Shown here: piece after piece, positions 59,860-64,000 of the stretch
How positions within the stretch are numbered: position 1 is the first letter of the stretch
Layout: each line of letters opens with the position of its first letter
DNA from: Eledone cirrhosa
Taxonomy: Eukaryota
Reading direction: 5' to 3'
Length of the DNA stretch: 64,000 bases
NCBI GenBank assembly: GCA_964016885.1
Contig: OZ024743.1
Coordinates: 309,876,001 to 309,940,000 of the forward strand
Notes under the pieces: model-generated
Told to the model about the DNA's origin: nothing
Database searches by the model: none
What the model saw: the letters and a program-made list of their open reading frames with translations, nothing else
Translations under genes and position numbers: made by a program

Positions 59860-59920
59860 TTTTGTCTGATGAAGGCATACCATATTTTAATTTGGTATCC
59901 CTGAAATATGTATAATGAAA
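59860..59920 (+). ncRNA. Type I hammerhead ribozyme
   Basis: TTTTGT-CTGATGA(59866)-AGGcATACCA..TGGTATcCCT-GAAA-TATGTA-TA-ATGAAA. Confidence 0.75.
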
Positions 59921-59962
59921 TAAATATGGTTTTATAAATATAGTTTCCATTTATTTAATATC

Positions 59963-60018
<56 letters not shown>

Positions 60019-60257
60019 TTATTTTATAGAAGGAGCTTCTACAGGACTAGTACTGTTTCGTTCAGATGAAATCTTCAGGAAGCTGGGTGTCATATTAAGT
60101 TCTGGTATAATATGACACCCAGCTTCCTGAAGATTTCATCTGAACGAAACAGTACTAGTCCTGTAGAAGCTCCTTCTATAAAATAAAAAAATTTTACTCT
60201 GCCATGTATTGAGTACCTTACTTACTGTGGTTATCCCCGACTCAACCCGGGACCTAC

Positions 60258-60299
<42 letters not shown>

Positions 60300-60710
60300 G
60301 TATGTGTAGTATATTTGGCAATATACCGTATGTTTAATTAAACATATTTTAAAGGCTTTGCGCTATCATTTTTAAAGTAGTGACTTTGACTTACTTCTTT
60401 TTTCGGCAAAAAAAGGGAGTGAAACTGACAGATTCTGTTTCACGCTGTTTGCGATCCTCAGAGCATAATTCGCGGAAAATTATAGAGGCTGGATTCTTAT
60501 AGAATTCCAGTAATAATCAGGAACTGATTATACAGAGCAATTGCCGGTCCAGCAAAGATTAAAAATTAGCATTGTTGCTCTGAAATAGCGATGTATACAT
60601 GAATGTACGTACAGTATATTTGGCAATATACCGTATGTTTAATTAAAAACATTTTGAAGAACTTGCGCTATCATTTTTAAAGTAGTGACTATGTCACTTA
60701 CTTCTTTTTA
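60300..60710 (-). mobile_element. Retrozyme-like unit of about 305 bp (1.3 copies), diverged relative of the 310 bp unit; hammerhead at 60425-60463
   Basis: AGTATATTTGGCAATATACCG occurs at 60308 and 60613. The minus strand reads CT-CTGAGGA-tCGC aaaca GCGt-GAAAC-AGAATCT-GTC-AG. Confidence 0.8.
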
Positions 60711-60737
60711 GTGATCTATGGATGGGAATAACTAAGT

Positions 60738-60911
60738 GGACCATAACGCACCAAAGTAGTCAATAATTAGGGTAGTAGAGTGGGTAATAGGAACGAGTAG
60801 GACCCCGACGGCTGAGCTCAAGCCGTTTCGACGGCTAATTCTGGACTAAAATTAGTCCAGAATTAGCCGTCGAAACGGCTTGAGCTCAGCCGTCGGGGTC
60901 CTACTCGTTCC

Positions 60912-60913
<2 letters not shown>
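60738..60913. mobile_element. Palindromic pLTR fragment of the 16002 PLE family
   Basis: Perfect arms of about 62 bp at 60788-60849 and 60852-60913. Confidence 0.85.
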
Positions 60914-60944
<31 letters not shown>

Positions 60945-60955
60945 ATTCAAATATG

Positions 60956-61049
<94 letters not shown>

Positions 61050-61054
<5 letters not shown>

Positions 61055-62125
61055 AATTAATTAAATTAAATTAATTTAAGGGAGTCATGTCCGAGACATG
61101 CGCCATATCCACCGTAGAATAAGTTCAAAGATTCCAATGAATAGATCCGAACCTTTTATATCAACTAGAAATTAATTGACATATATATATATTTAAAATA
61201 AACACATGAAACAATCACAGGGGATAATTTGTAAATTGTGTAATCACACATAGCTAGGTAGGTAACTAATTAATGTTTAACTAGAGCTTCAAAAATTACC
61301 TTTTTAAAAAATGATTAATCCTCCTTGTATATATTCCATTAAAGAAATGTATTTCACCATTAATCTGTAAAGTCACAGTAGTCAAATCATGGATCTTCAG
61401 CAAGGGGGGAAGATTTAACTATCTGTGCTTACACATCAAATGCAAATCTGCGAGTGTCCCATCGCACGTGTTGCAATTCTAAAACTACTAATAACATGCT
61501 AGCGTCACGTAGTTTTAGAATTGCAACACGTGATTTGACTACTGCGACTTTACGGATTAATGGTGAAATATATTTCTTTAATGGAATATATACAAGGAGG
61601 ATTAATTATTTTTTAAAAAGCTAATATTTGAAGCTCTAGTTAAACTTTAATTAGTTACCTACCTAGCTATGTGTGATTACACACTTTACAAATTATCCCC
61701 TGTGATTGTTTCATGTGTTTATTTTAAATATATATATAAATGTCAATCAATTTCTAGTTCATATAAAATGCTTGGATCTATTCATTGGAATCTTTGAGCT
61801 TATTCTACGGTGAATATGGCGCATGTCTCGGACATGACTCCTTTAATTTAATTTAATTTAATTAATTTTGAATATATACACGGCTCCTTAATTGTAGAGC
61901 TAAATCAATTGAAAGGACTCGGCTGCTATTTATAGCTGTCAATCATCCTATTCACGCCACTGGCGTGGCGCTAGCATGATATTAGTAATTTTAGAATTGC
62001 AACACATGAGATGGGACACTCGCAGATTTGCATTTGATGTGTAAACACAGGTAGTTAAGTCTTCCCCCCTTGCTGAAGATTCGAGATTTGACTACTGTGA
62101 CTTTACAGATTAATGGTGAATATTA
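61050..62125. mobile_element. Inverted/tandem repeat with an HHR-like motif (unit of about 480-530 bp)
   Basis: 61050-61500 mirrors 61530-61875 and 61975-62120. The motif is CTGAAGA-tCCATGATTTG..CAGATTaATGGt-GAAA, but stem I is not evident. Confidence 0.65.
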
Positions 62126-62928
62126 ATACTGAATAATTTAATGTAGAGATACGAAATGTTAACTTTTATTTCCCCATCCGAAATACATCACTTGTCTTCT
62201 TTCCCAGAGAATAATATATACATCACAGTTTTAAAAGTGTGTATATGTTATTTGTCGAGTCTGAAAGTAGCTACAGATTTTACAGCTTATTGTTTTATAA
62301 TATTTGACTGATACATATCAATATTCATATCTTGTCCATAATCAATCAGCGAACGGAATCGTGTCGCAAATTTGATTCTAGTTTTTCGTTAGTGTTGTCT
62401 TTCGCAAATTATGCAACTGGAAATATGTATGAAAGTTGTCGTCTATCTTTATAAATTATCTCTTGTTCTAGACAATATTTTTCTGAAATCGATATCAGTT
62501 TTTATAATGTTAATGCAGAAACTTGTAATTGATTGTATAAGTCGTCACTTCTGCTGCACAGAGCTAGAAGATTATGAATCTTGTAACATTTAGGTAAAAT
62601 ATCATCGATTAATTGAAGAGGAAAAGAACACAGCTTATAACATTATCAAGTGCACGATTTGTGTAAACGAGCTGAATTAATTTTATACCTAAATTCAATT
62701 TGTTCTCGACACAGGAGACAGCTCGTATTTTACATATTAAACTTATTAAAACTATTGCTCTTCATGGAAAAAATATTTATATCTTATGAATTTAAAGAAA
62801 CCATATATTAAATAAAATGTTGTTTACACAATCTCAAACTACAACGCCTTTCTAAATATATTAAGGCCTCGATACATATGTTGTCATTTATTTAATTTAC
62901 TGTCTTTTTATTGTATTTTCGTAAACAG

Positions 62929-63043
62929 TATTATTACAATGGAGAAAAACGAATGGCTCTACAAGCATGGATGAAAGCAATTGAATTAAATTCTACAGAT
63001 TCTGCAGCTTGGGAGAGCGTAATTGTTTACCTACATCACTTAG
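62929..63043 (+). CDS. Internal exon of a TPR protein (TMTC4-like)
   Basis: aaacag|TAT..TTAG|gtgagt, encoding YYYNGEKRMALQAWMKAIELNSTDSAAWESVIVYLHHL(G). It joins in phase 0 to exon 36520-36663 and resembles the TMTC4 segment ALNAW..A..L.P....AW..I..L...G (from recall). Confidence 0.75.
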
Positions 63044-64000
63044 GTGAGTGATCATGTCATGAGCAATATCTTTGTCAAAGTATTTCAGTTATTACAAATA
63101 TTATAGTATCATTGCCATTGTTAACAATCTTAATGCTGTTAAAGGTAAAACTATTTTCAAACTCAGAATTTTACTCACGAACTCATAAGCATCAATATCA
63201 AATTCGTATTACACGCATACTTTGAGAGATTGATCAATATCTTCCTCATATTGTTATGTCATTTAACTGAATTTTATCGAAGACAAATTTGATTTTTTTC
63301 CTTGCAAATTTCTTAAATACAACATCTATGACATTTAAAATAACATAATGAAAGACTGTAATGAAAAAAACCCATTCCTATTAGAAACAGCACCAACATT
63401 CAAGAATAAGAATAAGAATAAGAAGATGAATGCTTTCTTTATTATACACTTATATCTAAAATATTCCTATATAAAATACATGGTGATTGCTATATATGGG
63501 AATTTGGTGTAGCCTTAAAATAATTAAATAAAACCTCTTTATTGGAAGTACTGCAAAATAATTGTTTCTACTTTAGGCACAAGGCCAGCAATTATCCAGT
63601 GCATTACTGGTACTTTATTTTATCGACCCCTGGAAAATAATGCAATATATATGCTTATATATTATAAAATGGTAAAATGAGTGAATTGTAAGATTGAACC
63701 AATGAAACTATGTTTAAGAAGCTCTTTCTATTGCTGAAACTAGCTACCCTTTTCAAATTATAGTAGAGGCGTCACCACGTTGAGAGGAGGCAGGATTTAA
63801 ACTCAGACTGCACTGAGCCAGAACAGATACCACAAAAGTTCCCCCAACCCACCACGCTTTTATATTGGGACTTTATTTATCGGCCCCGAAAGAATGAGAG
63901 GTTCAATTTCCCTTCATTGAGTTTGAACTCAGAGCACTGAATGTCGAAACAAATGCGGAGACATTTATTCCGACGCCCTTACGACTTCTATATTCACAAT

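Overview
This is AT-rich animal genomic DNA, probably an octopod cephalopod; that assignment is inferred from the SINE sequences and the extreme (TA)n/(CA)n load. The only credible host coding sequence is two + strand TPR exons (36520-36663, 62929-63043) that resemble a divergent TMTC4, so most of the window is probably intron. It is saturated with Penelope-like retroelement (PLE) debris: several decayed Naiad-type RT/GIY-YIG copies and one Neptune-type fragment. It also holds more than a dozen distinct type I hammerhead ribozyme (HHR) families, found in PLE ends and in non-coding 305-490 bp retrozyme-like units. The standout is a 5.6 kb near-perfect palindrome (44461-50059) of a 310 bp HHR unit: about 8.4 copies on - abut about 9.6 copies on +, bounded by (TA)n. 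The same back-to-back layout (two copies in divergent orientation, 3' ends facing outward, usually into microsatellite) recurs in about 18 insertions. One Naiad copy has TGA exactly at a conserved zinc-finger Cys, a selenocysteine candidate. Also present are a twin-primed RTE-like LINE, a Chapaev3-like DNA transposon, Helitron ends and SINEs. All calls were made by eye, no searches were run, and element boundaries are approximate.
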